Assembly (NCBI GenBank): GCA_964057225.1
Contig: OZ059894.1
Span: 17,608,001 to 17,672,000 of the forward strand
Length of the DNA: 64,000 nt
Reading direction: 5' to 3'
DNA from: Auanema rhodensis
Taxonomy: Eukaryota; Animalia; Nematoda
Below are positions 1 through 13,716 of the stretch, in pieces (position 1 is the first letter of the stretch; each line of letters opens with the position of its first letter). The notes under the pieces were generated by a model. That model saw only the letters and a list, made by a program, of their open reading frames with translations, was not told where the DNA came from and searched no databases. A program made the translations under genes and the position numbers.

Positions 1-25
1 TTCTAATAAATTTGTATTTTTTCAG

Positions 26-204
26 ACAAATCTTGTTAATGATGAGTAATCTCTTTTCAATAAAATTAATACTTTGATTGAATTGTAGACTGTGAAAAAC
101 TATTTGGCAACTACGAGAAGCAACCGTTCATCAGATATCGGAAAATTAAAATAAATGTTTTTGACGTGAAAAGTATCACGTGGAAATTTGAATGTTATCA
201 ATGA
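26..204 (+). CDS. Probable last two exons of an unidentified gene entering from the left edge
   Basis: TTTTTCAG acceptor ends at 25. Exon 26-45 is followed by a 43-nt GT..AG intron (46-88). Depending on phase, the product ends ...TNLVNDEL* or ...QILLMMNCEKLFGNYEKQPFIRYRKIKINVFDVKSITWKFECYQ*. The phase cannot be fixed from this window. Confidence 0.3.
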
Positions 205-2281
205 TTATACAGTATATTTGTTGTATAAATATGTTTATTTCTTATATTTTTAATTTTTTTTGTTGAACCCTCTGGGCAAGGGCAGATGCTGAAAGTTGGG
301 GCTTACGAATTAATTTGAAGTAAGAAAAAGCTTTTCAAGTGGAGATGGATATCAGCCGTCCATCAATTAGTGCCATCAGTTCTCATCATTACTTTCAGTC
401 AGATATAGCTTCTTCAAATTTCTTTCTTAATGATAAAAGAAGAGAAGCAAGAAGATACTGGAAGAAACATAAAGAGTATTGGAAAGAAACTTAAAGTAAA
501 TACAATCATCATACTTTCAAATCTTCATTCTTCCCTTTAAAATATCGTTGTCACATCTCATTTTCTTTTTAACATTTCCATCTATTTCTAACTTCTATCT
601 TTCAAATCTTTTCTACACTCTTCTTACTATTCTGTATATAACATTAGTCTCTTCCTAAATCACAATATATCGCTTCTGTCTGCCTAACCTTTAGCATCTC
701 TTTCAAGTCATTCTCATACCTCATTCTCTTCATAGCTCATCTGCCGTTCGTTGTGAGATGCGTCAGGTGTCATTTAACAGCTTTAGTCTTCAATTTCGTA
801 CGGCTTTTTCCTCATCCCTGAATTTCCGTGGCCTCGTGCCATCTCCCTTCAAAGTCATTGAGATATCCAGAGAAATATAGACGATAAGAGATAATAAAGA
901 AGAGTTCTTTTCTTTAGTCAATGGATGAAAGACATTCTCAAACTTCGTTTGTGTCCTTCCCTCAATAATCGCTTTACCACCAAATTTTTTATAATTTTCA
1001 ACATAAAAATTCAAAATTTCAGTTAATAATCTCTACTAGATTACCGATATAAACTATATTATGTTGAAATCCAATATAACTATAATACAAGATTATAAAC
1101 TATATTCCATAAAAGATATAATTGAAAGTTCAACAACATATTGTTGCTTAATACTGTAATATTATGTTGTTTTTCGAAACAAATCTGAATGCTTTTCTCA
1201 ACCACAATATCATCTTTTCCTGGTTTTTCTTTCATTTTTTGTTATTTGAGCTTCTTATACACTTTGAGTTCATCAGCTATTACTTACTATTGTTTTTCTT
1301 TAAAACTTCCTATAGTTGCAAATTTCATATATACAACTCAAGAACCAAAAAAATATTTTTTGAAACATTTGCCGAAGAACTTTATTGCAGAGAACTTTGT
1401 TTTCTATTCTCTCAGCAGATTATACTATCATAGGTTTTTTTTCTAAATAAAATAACATACTCAATGAATTCCGAATGATCAGCATCATCGTTTATGAACA
1501 AATCAGATTACTGATTCCAGTTCTCTTGCACCGAAAATGTCAGAATTTTATCTTTTTTTCTCTATTTCTCTAATAAATATAATGTTATCATAATATCTTT
1601 GTATCTTATATTGAGAAATACAATTTTGGTAGTACTACGTAAACGACTACCCGGTTTAGCACTACCAGTAGAACCAATAGGTTTTCGAAATCATTCTGGA
1701 TCATCTCCCATTTTTGGAATTTTATTTTTTCCCCCTTAATCTTAAGTCCTCATTTGCATTAAATATCCAATTCATTTTGCAAATGATTTTGCTGATCATT
1801 GATACAGTATCAAACATTGGTCTCATGGGATTGGTTGGTTCTTCTTAATTTAATCAACTCCCATACCAATATCATTACAAAAATAAGATTAAGTTCAATT
1901 TGTATATTAAAGTTATTATTATTGATCAATTTCATAACTCATAACCAATTATTATTATTATTATTATTTTATATAATTATATTGATTACTTGTAACGAAT
2001 GTAGGAAAATCAATCAAAATTTTTGAGGAACGATGAGTGTTGTGATGGAAACAAGGCTGGTTCAGGTTGTCCTAATCACCCGCAGTGAAGTTTATGAGCA
2101 AAACAAGCCGTCATGACATGTGTCTTCTCACGTCATCATCGTAGTCTTCCTCGTACTTCTGAAGCTGCTCTTTACTGCGACAAATTTTTAAAATATTTGC
2201 CATCTTTTGAATATTTGACGCATTTCTTATATTTTCTGCGACTATTCCTTCACATCGAAAGATTTCAAGAGAAATATCATC

Positions 2282-3272
2282 ATGGATCTGCCACCTCACA
2301 GCGTGCCACAGTCTCCAGCTGAACCTAGTTCACCTAATCACTTGGAAGAAGTAATTTCAGATTTTAAAACAATCAGTTTTGATACCGACTATCCTACTTG
2401 TCAAATCGAACAAGCCATCTCAGATGTTAAAGGTATACATTTTATTTATTTTTTTTACTAAAATTATAAATATTTTTTTAAATATTTAAAGAATTAATAT
2501 TAAAATTTAAAAAAATTATATCTGAGAGCTTAAAATTGTATATAAGAAACAAATATTACATGACAATCAAATCATAAAATCAAATAATATGTTTTTTCTT
2601 TTTCAATTTTATAATCTACTTAGAGAGTCCTACAGTAAAAGGTGAAAATATGATCTTAGAAATCTCACAAAGCCAAAAAAGTAGTCAGGTTAGTTATAAA
2701 TTTACTTTTCTATCTTTCTATAAATCTAACTATATATAGAATTGATATTAATCAATATTTAATTAATTTTATATAAAATAATGTAAAAAAATATTTATTT
2801 TGAATTATCTATTAATCATATGTATAAATAGAATAAGGTATTTGTTTCTTTTAACTCATTCTCATTTGATTGACATATATTTTGTGGCATAATTGACCTC
2901 TTAACTATACATTTTAATATGTAATCTCAAGTATTAAATATACAAAAAATATGAAACAGTAATAGTATTTATTATTATTTGAAATTCGTTTTTTTTTTTG
3001 TTTGTTTTGATATCAAAAAAACGAAGAAAGAAAGAGATTTCGGCTAATGTTGTTTAACTATTCACTCTTTAACAGCTCAATACAACTAGTATACACAAAT
3101 ATTATGTTATATTTTCTTCTGTCTAGACAGTTGTCAGAGAAAAAAAAATATTTTTTAACTTTTTTTTTCTTTGTTCAATTACTTGAACAGAGTATAGCAA
3201 AAGATTTTTTTTGAGATAATGAATAAGAGTTAGAGATAGTCATTCCAACTCTACATCTCATCTCTCTATATT

Positions 3273-3310
<38 letters not shown>

Positions 3311-5804
3311 TTTCTTATTCTCTTTTACTTTTCTAACAGAATGAAACATTTTATAAGAAAATATGTATTACTTATTGACTTGATTTCTATATTTATTTGT
3401 TTTTCTCTAACTATCTATTAAACTTTCTTCAATCTCAAACAGAGAAAATATATTCAAAGTAGATTGTTTTCTTCTATTACTTCTAATAGTTTTATATTTA
3501 AATATCGTGTATTATAGGTAACTGCAAAACCTCCACCATTTGAAATTCCGGAACATAAGGTCTTGTAGTTTCTATCATCTATAACATGAGAAAACAACTT
3601 TTAGATATTTCCTATCTTTTTTTTTATCTTTTCATCTTATTATTTCTTATATATTTTAATTTCTATTAATACTTTCTCTTTTACTTTCTCTTTCTTTTCA
3701 TCATTTTCAGTTGTATATTTCATTTATTTCTCTCTTTAGGATATGAATATAGTGGATAAACTTCGATCAAAACTGAACATTGGAAATGAACTTTACAGAG
3801 CAACTCTTGCTGAGTTATTCTGTACTGGATTCTTATTGGTATACATATAGTTAACTAACTATGTATCTATTTATATATTTTATTAAGTTTGCTGGTACAT
3901 CTGTAAATGCTCAATTTGTTCTATCTAAAAGAAGAAATAATGATTGGATTGGAGTTTCTGTTGGATGGGGACTTGTTCTCATGTTCGCTGTTCTTATGGG
4001 TCAAAGAATTTCAGGTAACAGATTATTTCTGTTCATTTTAAAGCCAAGAAAGAGAATAGGACAAAAGTGACAACACATTTATCTTTCAAACATTGTTAAG
4101 AAATAGTTCCACTGATACAATTGAACAACTGAAGATATATGGATATTTAAGAGGAACCATTAACTTTCTCTCTCTCTCCCTCTCTCTTTCATTCTCTCCA
4201 CCTTTTTATCTTTTTTTTGATTTTATCTTGCCAATATTCTAACTAAAAATCTCTTCTTTTTCATTTTACTGTCTTTGAAAGAAAAAATTTCACACTTTAG
4301 TCATATTTCAATTTCTGACAAATTAATATTAGTTAGAACATTGTAATCATTAATCATGCAAATGACATATATCATTTTCGAAAACTACAACAAAACATTT
4401 TTCATTTCATTATAGTTTCTTCAAAAAAAAATTTAAAAATAGGAATAATAAACATTCCAAAAATAGATTTGTTTCTTCAAAAATAGAAGACATCACTCTT
4501 ATTTCAGGAGCTCATCTCAATCCAGCCGTTTCGTTTTTTCAACTTACTCAGGGCAAGATTAATGCTCTCAGATTCATTCTTTTTGCCATTGCTCAGAATG
4601 TCGGAGCTTTCTTCGGTGCTATGCTTACATACATAGTCTATTACGGTAATATATATACATATAAGATTTCTTAAATATAAATTCTAATGAAATTCATGAC
4701 GATATCATGAAAATTATTTGAAAAAAGCAATATTTCTAATGATTTTTAATAATTATGTTCAAATTCAGAGGCCATCAACTCGTATGATAATGGACTTCGT
4801 AATGTTACTGGACCAGCTGCTACAGCTCACATTTTTGCCACTTATCCAGCTTCATATCTCAGTACTTTGGGGGGAATTATTGACCAAGTAAACTATTTTA
4901 ATTAAAAATGATACAAAGAAAATTATTAAATATCTTTCTTCAGGTTGTTGGAACTGCTGTGCTTTGTATGGGAATTGCTGCTATTACTGATAGAAGAAAC
5001 CGTATCCCACCATTCCTTCAGGTAATTATTTCAAATTTCAGTTAAATAAAGGAAATTCAAATTTGTAATAAAATTTTAATCTTCTTATCATTTTAAATAT
5101 GAAATATATATATATATATATACATATATGTAAATTATTCGGTTTCAGCCTGCTTTCATCGGAAGTCTTTTAGCTCTTCTCGGAATGTTTGTTGCTATGA
5201 ATGCTGGTTAGTTTTAACTAAATTAGATTTAAAAAAATATATAAAATATGCACATAACATCATCTTTACCATCATTTCTATCATAAATTGATATGCAAAA
5301 CGTTTTGTAAGGTTATGCTGTTAATCCTGCCCGTGATTTCGGACCCAGACTGTTCACTCTTATTGCCGGATATGGATGGAAAGTTTTCAGGTACAGTTTC
5401 AACTAATCTCATAGCATAATGAGATATTACGGTATTCTAGTTATCGTTCATACAAATGGTTTTTGGTGCCAATTATCTGTCCAATGATTGGAGCTCTCTT
5501 GGGAGCATGGCTTTACGAGTTTTTCATTGGTTTCCATATTCCTGATGATCCTGAAACCACCTATATTCATCGAGTAAATTTATAAATTAAATATAAAATA
5601 AATTATATTGAAAGAATAAATTTAAGATTTTGGATGATCGTAACCCTGATGGCCAATTACGTGAAGTTCATCTAGTTGAAACTAAGCCGTAAGAGTTTAT
5701 GAATGAAATTTCAAATAATTTTCGTTTATAGATATAGCGAATCAGAAAAAATTAAAGAAATCAATGGCGAACAAACAACTCCAACTCAATATAGAAACAT
5801 GTAA
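2282..5804 (+). CDS. aqp-3: Aquaglyceroporin (MIP family), 13 exons
   Basis: Approximate exons: 2282-2432, 2624-2688, 3518-3559, 3740-3838, 3888-4014, 4508-4645, 4769-4887, 4944-5021, 5149-5206, 5312-5390, 5441-5573, 5627-5688, 5732-5804, forming one continuous frame. Translation: [12 protein letters not shown]...[27 protein letters not shown]...[19 protein letters not shown]...IFATYP...[15 protein letters not shown]...[14 protein letters not shown]...QYRNM*. It has two NPA boxes, and the second is NPARD (glyceroporin signature). The long N-terminal extension and overall sequence match my recollection of C. elegans AQP-3; the family call is firmer than the symbol. AATAAA at ~5861. Confidence 0.92.
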
Positions 5805-6606
5805 TTGAAGATTAGATATCTTTTGAATTAAGTGGATTACGATAAACAAGAGAACTTTATAATAAATCTCAAAATGTCTGTAAAAAGAATTTTCAATTGT
5901 ATTTGAAGATTTTTATATATTTTTTTTTATTTTTCGAAAGAACAGAAAAAATGCTTTTTATTAAAACTTGGTTACTTTTTTTTCTTTTAAATATTTGTGT
6001 ATAATTATATTTGGTTTAAAATTATAAAATCATTTTAAAATTGACAAAAATCTGTTCTTAGATTATATTGAATTAATGAAAATTTGAAATAAAATAAATA
6101 AATTGGTGTATATACTATATGTAGAAAATGAATTAAGTAATATTTGAAATATATAAGATTTATAAACAAAAACATCATATAATATAAGATTATTAACTAA
6201 ACATAACTATATGATATAATTAAGGAAAATAAATGAAAAAGAAAATATTTTATTGTAACACAGACTATCTGAAAGATCCAAATGAATTATATTATACTTA
6301 TTGGATGTATAAGCCATAAAATAGAATTTAAAGAATGAAAGTTGATACTGTAATGATCAGTATTTGAATCAAACTATAAATATTCAACAACAAATATTTT
6401 TATATCAAGAGGGCGTTAACCAACACTATATTTATCATTTTATTGGATATGATGACATTAACCTAAAATTACTATTTTCAGAAATGAATTGTAGCTCTTC
6501 CGGTATGATTAAAAACCATTGGTCGGTGACATTGAAGCGGGTTCTCTTGCTCAAGCAGCAGTATATACTACATAATAGCATGATGCTCCGTTCTATTCTT
6601 TAATCT

Positions 6607-6690
6607 TTATCATGAAATAGGAAAGGTAAATTAATCTAAAAGATGATAAGCGTATCAACACTCTTAGAGTACTTCACGGGTGGTATATTA
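6607..6690 (+). promoter_or_regulatory. GATA (TGATAA) sites and TATA-like element upstream of lysozyme-like gene 1
   Basis: TTATCA at 6607-6612, TGATAA(G) at 6644-6650 and TATATTA at ~6684, all within 130 nt of the ATG. TGATAA is the nematode intestinal ELT-2 motif. Confidence 0.4.
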
Positions 6691-6732
6691 ATGAAGTTCC
6701 AGTGCACATTCTCATCACATCCTAACTCTTCA

Positions 6733-7881
6733 ATGAAGCTTCTTTTGATTGTAGCTTTTGCTCAAGTTGTTCTACATCATGCTGTTGCTGCTGCGGACGA
6801 AGTAAACTATATACCTTTTTCAGTATTAATTATTCATAAACTTTAATAATAATGTTTGCATTTCACGTGAACACGTGAAGATCGTAACAACAGTTATTTC
6901 TAAATTATGAAATAAGAAAATCGGTTGCATGAATTTCAAATCTAATTTTCATCTTTAATCTTCAGTAAATTGTTATTTCAGATAGCTACAGGATATATGT
7001 TTTCGGATATAAGTAGTGTTGAACGAGACGTTATGATTCTGGATAATATGTGTCTTTCATCCAATAATATCAAAGGAGTATTCTTGAAGTAATATTTGAT
7101 TTCTTATTCAAGATATAACTTTGATTTACAGTGTTTATAATTCTTCTAATAATGAATATAACGCTGGATACATAACTTCAATTTATAAATGTAAGATAAT
7201 ACTTTCAAATATAAATATTATAGTTAATAATAATTATATTTAAGCTATGAACGACATCTTTCTTCTTATTTCTCCAAGTATAACTAGTTACGATAAAACT
7301 GATTTATTCTCAAAAATTTATAAAACTTTATCTCCATATGGTTATACAACTAACTTTTTCTGGATTGACGTAAGAAAATCAGAAAAACAATATGGATAGT
7401 ATAAATTGAAATTTCAGCCACAGTATCTCAAAGGTGAAAATGATATGCAATTTATTCAAAACGTTGCTCAAGTTAGTATATCTGATTATCAAGTTTATAA
7501 CAAATATGTTTAGACAAGCAATGTTAAATTTGGAATTAAAACAACAACAGATTTCTGGTTAAATACAATGAATAATCTTGTAATTGACAATAATGTTCCT
7601 TTGTGGTATATTCTTATAAATATTTATAAAATATAATTTACCAATTTTAGGGTATCTGACTTGAAGTCATTTGATGATTACAAACCTATTGGTGGCTGGA
7701 AAGCTCCTGTTGTCATTTCTTCTGGCTATATCCAAGAGGATTGTCTCACAAAATCAGAGAAGAACAAATACGAAACGTAAGAATTGAATTTTAAATTAAA
7801 TTAATGTTATGTTTTAGTGTTCAATATAAGAGACAAGATATATTACCTTATGCTTTGGTTCCTGAGAACAAATCCACTTAG
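6733..7881 (+). CDS. Secreted GH25/protist-type lysozyme-like protein, single domain, 8 exons
   Basis: Signal peptide MKLLLIVAFAQVVLHHAVAA. The spliced frame reads GYMFSDISS...C...GVFLNVY...FFWID|PQY...FIQNVAQ|TSNVKFGIKTTTDFW...VPLW|VSDLKSFDDYKPIGGWKAPVV...C...*. WxD, GIxT...W, PLW and FxDFxxxGGWxxP are hallmarks of nematode LYS proteins. AATAAA at ~7945. Confidence 0.8.
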
Positions 7882-8899
7882 ATCATTAGTACTTCAATCA
7901 TCAGTTTCACCTCTGTATGTATCAAGTGAATGTACTATTTAAAGAATAAATATTCATGAATATTATTATTTCTTAGATTACAACATATTCTATCTATTTT
8001 TCCTATTTTTAGCAAAAAATATGTATCAAGTTTAACTGATTTACTAATTAAATATAAATTGGGATACTATACAGAAACATTTTTGAAAGCTCAATTTCTT
8101 TTGAATTTAAAATGTGTTTGTTAGGTTTGTAGGTTTCATGAACTAGACCGACTTTTCACAAACCTGAAATCCGAGGTTGTTATCTACACAGAGTTCATAT
8201 GAAACACGATCACCTATGTATCTGAACCCAATCCTCACATCGGTTCTTAACGACTTTGGATTGTTTTGTTGAATTATTTAAGTTAACTATCGGATGGGAT
8301 AGCTTGGGCTAAGCAGCTTGAAGCTGAATTGAAAACGGTTCCGTTATTCTGCAAAGCATTACAGGATAAGGTCCTCGAAAGTCAAGTGAGGATGGGCTTG
8401 GTTCATGTAAAAGTGATAATACTTGATAGCACGATCGAGAAGCAAGGCGCAAAAACAGAGTCAAAAGAAAACTTCAGAGATCATATTAAAGAATATTCAG
8501 ATACTGGCTTGGCTACTTGAGCTCAACTTACATCAAATAAGGAATGAAGAATCTATCGATATCGGAACGTCAAAACCAGTAAAAGAGAGAAAAAAGAAAA
8601 CAAAAATGACTCTTATGAATATGTAAAGTGCTAAATGAATTAGTATTTAGTCTAGAAAAAATATTTTATATTAATGAAATCAAACTCAGCATGGTATATC
8701 CTATTAGTTTTATTTTAAAATAATGATTCTTTATTCAGAATATTTGCTGATTTCCATGAACTAAATATATGGAGCTGGTACTCCAAGCGCTAACTGGGAA
8801 GAAGGTCTTTTCTTCATTATACCTTACCAGCGGGTTATCGAATATATATATTAAGAAACAGGACAGGAAAAAAACACGATTTTCAACTACTAGAAACGC

Positions 8900-9350
8900 T
8901 TACCAATCTTACGGTTTGGCATAACAAATTGGTTGGCAATCTTCCAACACATGGTGGATGTTATCTTGAATGCAATATTTCTAGCGGAAGACGGGTACAT
9001 TCATACTCAAATGATATGTGGAGAATAAGCAAGGGAAAGGAAGTCGAAAACTTAGAAACTCATTACCCCATAACTAACTTGAAATATAAACAAAAACTTG
9101 AGAGCTTCATAGTAAGGGTATAGATTGCAAACTAACAAGTCTTGTTCATTCATTGAAGAGCAGGAACTCAGAACCAGAAATGTGTGTGAAGAAGCTCTGA
9201 GTTTTATGATTATTGTATTACTCATGTCAAGGCTACTGTAAGAGAGTAGTTCCATGATATTATAAATATAAAATTAAGAAGAAGATTCATTTTGACTGCC
9301 GATGGAGCCGAAATATTCCAATATATCAAACCTCATGTACCTGGCGAGCT
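8900..9350 (+). mobile_element. Highly decayed non-LTR retrotransposon reverse-transcriptase fragment (tentative)
   Basis: Intronless, purine-rich stretch with broken frames. Pieces read ...HYPITNLKYKQKLESFIV... and ...IEEQELRTRNVCEEAL..., resembling the RT N-terminal blocks YRPITxLxxxYKL and EQxGxR..GCxE. It has many stops and frameshifts; the element may span ~8100-9520. Confidence 0.3.
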
Positions 9351-11108
9351 AGTAGAAAAAAAATGTATAAAACCCAAAAATTAACACGAAGACTCTCATA
9401 TTTGGAAAAGATGACAACAAGAAGTCCGGAGGCAGGAACGCTTTCGATAACAGTGTAGAAGAGAATGACTGAGAAAAGCTGAAGAGAGTTCAATAGTTCA
9501 GATCTGTAGGCGATTAGGTGATTTTATTGTTTTTCTTATCAAAAAGTATTTCAAAGACAACATTTTGTTTTATTAATATATTATATTATTGTCGGAGAAA
9601 CAATTAAATTTTGTGTCACAACATTACAATGCAAATTTTTCTTAAAAATATTTGTAAACATAACACAAAAAATGTTGTCAATATGATCCACAACCATTTC
9701 CATCATTAGTTTATGATGAAGAAGCCTTCTGAATTGAGGAGGTAAAAGGAGATCCAGTTTATAGATTATCAGGAGCGTTGTAACCGCTTCTGAGCCGCGA
9801 AATGGGTTAAACTTATAAGATTTTCTTAGTTTTCCCCACATAGTTTGGCTAGAACCAATCTCAGATAGAGAGATATTTTGCTCATCTTATTCTATTCCTA
9901 ATCAAAACGTTTCTATGATACTTCAGGCAAACCAACTTTTTTGGATTTTAGATGGAATGTTTTAAACGTAGTAGAGCAAGTTGAATATTGATTTTAAAAC
10001 ATTTTTTTTAGAAAGGAAATTTGTAAATTGAAGGGAAATGAGAGTTAAAGATTATTAAAAGAATAGTTTGGAAGTTTAAAATAAAGTTTAAATAAATAAT
10101 TTTTACTCAGTTTACTCTTATATAGTCTTGTTAGTATCATAGTTCTTGTTTCAACTAAACAGTTTTGTTTTTAATTTCACTAATTTCTATGTTTTTTTCT
10201 CTATAATCTTAACATATCTAACAACTGTTTATGAAATGTTCTTACATATTCTAATAGAGAAGGAAACAGATGAAAATCTGTTAATGCTAAATCAGAAGAG
10301 TAAGGTGAATGATCAAGAGTATTCCATGGAGTCTCTATGAATTTCTATTCTCTCTCGTTTTTCTACACAAACAATTCATATACAAGCATGGTGCTAGTGT
10401 ACACAAAGTTTACAAAACATACTATATGAATCAGATAAAATTGTCAAAAAATGTCTTAACGCCTTACAGAATATAAAATATGTTAAATTCTGTTAAATAC
10501 AAGAATAATTTGAGTAAATTTTCATTTCAAAATAACAAATCCTGAAATGATAAATGAAGGAAAAGCACGTTCTTTTACATTGCACATATCTAATCTGTTT
10601 CAGATTATACAATGAAATATATATTTTATTATCTGAGTTTTCTATAATAATACGTCAACAAGACTGTAGTAGATATTAAAAAATCAAAAATATAATCAGA
10701 AATTATTACAAATTTTATGTTTATGATCGATGCTCTCAAGAACTGAGTCTATGTTGGGTGTATGTGGTTTTTAGTTCAATTTCCTTGTTTGCTCTCAATC
10801 TCGTTGAGCCTCAAAGTTGTTGGGAAGATATACAAAAGTGCTATCAAAACCATTAAAAATGAAGTTTTGCCTATCTTTATTTCTGAAAATACGTGACAAC
10901 TTCAATACAAAATTTCTGTGGGTGAGATGAAACGTCATTTTAAATAAGCAATCATAAATCAATGACATCAATTTAGCTCAGATAAGACTTTTATGGATCA
11001 ACTTTGAAAAAGTTTGAGGATGTCTTTCATATATAAACACAAGCTGATCTTGAAGTAGTATCATACTCTCTTACATTTTATTTATTTTAATTATTTTAAG
11101 ACATCAAG

Positions 11109-12146
11109 ATGTTGAGAACTGTAGGACTTCTATGTCTAACAATTAGTTTTGCTATTTGTGCTCCAGTTGATGACTTGTCAGTTAAAGCTTTTGTTGTTGA
11201 TGCAACAGTTGATGTTAATATTGCTCCATCATTAGATTGTTTGAAGAATGAGAAATATCAAGTTGGATTCCTCAAGTAACTTCTTTTTTTTTTGATTTCA
11301 ACGTTCTTTTTCATTATTTCAGTATTTATGAAAATGATCATTTCGTTGATTCCAGTGCTAAATGGATTAAGCCAATGTCTAACCGTTCGTATCGATTTAG
11401 AAAATATAAATTTGAAATTTTGAATTTCAGAAGGTTTCAAGACTCAGTTCATAATTCGACCAAAATATGATTCATCTGAAGATGCTGCAGCTAATATTAT
11501 TAAATTGGTTAAAAATAGAATGTCATCAGCTTATAATACTGATGTGAAATTCCTTTGGTTAGATGTATGAAAGTGTTTTTTTTTGTTTTTTTAAACTTTA
11601 TTTTGAAGACTAAATACCTTTCTCAAAGCTCTTCTGCTAATATTAATTTCATTACTTCATTGGAATCTATGGGAAAAGTAAGTTTTAACATAAATTAATA
11701 TAATTTACATATTATAAAATAGGTTAACAAGATAAAACTTGGAATGATTACATCAAAATCCAATTGGGAAAGTTATGAAGGAGATTGGAACGGTCCAGCT
11801 GCTTATGATGAGCCTCTTTGGTATACATTTCGAATTTTATTTTTAATTTTATTCTGCTTAAACCTTTAATTATAATATTTTAAATTTTGATTTAAGGTGT
11901 ACTGATGCTGGAGTAACATCTAATTCATTTGTATCATTCGGTGATTGGAATTCACCTACCGTAATCAATGGAAAGTCTCAATCTACTTGTTTCACACGTG
12001 GAGGAGCCAAAATGACTGTCCCAGAGTAAGTTTTTATATTTTATTAAGAATTTTTTTTATAATAATATAAAATTTTTTAATTTAATTTAAAAGTTTTTTA
12101 TAAAAACTAATTTAGTGCCCTGTGTAAACGTTCTTTGATCGCTTAA
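11109..12146 (+). CDS. Secreted GH25/protist-type lysozyme-like protein, single domain, 7 coding exons
   Basis: Signal peptide MLRTVGLLCLTISFAICA. Spliced frame: AFVVDATVD...LDCLKNEKYQVGFLN-IYEND...QFIIRPKYDSSEDAAANII...FLWLD|TKY...NINFITSL...KLGMITSKSNW...DEPLW|CTD...FVSFGDWNSPTVING...TCF...ALCKRSLIA*. TATATAAA at 11030-11037, then a probable 5'-UTR intron at 11055-11100. AATAAA at ~12209. Confidence 0.82.
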
Positions 12147-13716
12147 AGAAGTATATGGTATCATCATTAACTGAAATACATTAATTATTTACTGTACTTC
12201 ATTATTAAAATAAAGTTATTAATCTATTTTATATTTTATATATAAATATATAATTATACAACTATTATAAAATATATAAAAATCTATTTTAATATAGATA
12301 ATCAATTTTAAATTGAAATCAACAAACAAATGTACTAGAGCCTATAATGCAAATATATTATTATATTATTAATCCTTTAACCTTTTATAATTTAAAGATA
12401 AAATATTTTAATTATAATATTAAATTTTAATTTTCATATAAATAGTTTAATATTTCAATAATTTCAATATTTTATGAAAACATTAAAGTTTTCTTATCAT
12501 TAAAATAGATTATTAATTATATATTAATCTTATATCGTATATCTTTTTTTGGAATGCTTTAGGGGGGAGGAGACAAACTATCAATGTACTACTAGATAAT
12601 TCATATTTTAGTTTTTTGTTTAAAATATTTTTTTTTATAAAAAATTTTTAAGCTTTTCTATTATTCTTTGTTAATCCATTTTAAATTTTATTTACTTTTT
12701 CAATTATATTTTTGTATATATATATATATATACTTCTATAATCCAATTAACATTATCAGATAGAATAATCTTCTGATTATGTAGTTGAATCAGCTAAAAA
12801 TTAAAAAGATGTATAAGCTATTCTATAAATAATATTTTTGGCCAATATTAAAAATGATCAAAGGACCGAAAAAGATCGTTAATTTGTTCTGAAATACAAA
12901 TAAAATCTATAAAATTTTAATTTATTTTAAAAGATTTTATTTGAAATATTAATAAATATATGTATGTATGTATGTATCATACAAAGATTATATAGAAAAA
13001 GTATTATTAATCCAATTTTCACTGCTTAAGTTTAAGATTTGGGTGGGGTTTTTATCAATAATAATATATCAATTTTTAATTCCTTTTAATATTGGTATCA
13101 GTGACTAAATGATAAGAAGGTTCATATAGAACGTCATTATATATTTTTTGAAATCTGATTAATCATTCGATAAGAATTATAAGAATTTAAAATTTTAATT
13201 GAAATAATCTAAGTTAAATATATTAAAACTTTTAACAGTTTTAATAAAAAATAATTAAAACAAAGTTATTTTTAAAGTTTTATGAAAAAAACTTTTTCAA
13301 AACTTTGTAAAACATTTAAAATACAAAAATGAAGATTAATTAATGAATAAACAGTACTTATATGACTTCTAATCTTCCAAGCGACTAGTTGTAAAGAAGG
13401 AAATATTTCAATATTCTGATGTAACAAAACAGATAAATCTGGGAAATTATTATAAATTTAGTATAAAAGTTTTTTTTTGATGATATTACTGAATAAAATA
13501 AATGATTCGAAATAAGATAAGGTTCGAAATATATCTTTATGTCTTCACAGGGGTGGATGATATCAAGAAACGTCATTATACGGTACATATATATAAATGA
13601 TTTTCGAGTTTGAAGATAGCATTATCGTCATTCTTTTTCTTTGATAATCTCCTTTTTACTTTTATATTTTTACATATTATTAATTAATTTAATTAATATA
13701 TATATATATAGAAACT

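Noticed and set aside
400-1014. 74-aa minus-strand ORF (790-1014) and adjacent purine-skewed DNA as a gene or element
   Set aside because: No recognisable motif or splice structure; it may be decayed repeat but cannot be supported.
2113-2322. 69-aa ORF upstream of the aquaporin
   Set aside because: It overlaps the true start (2282) in another frame and has no protein features; at most a uORF.
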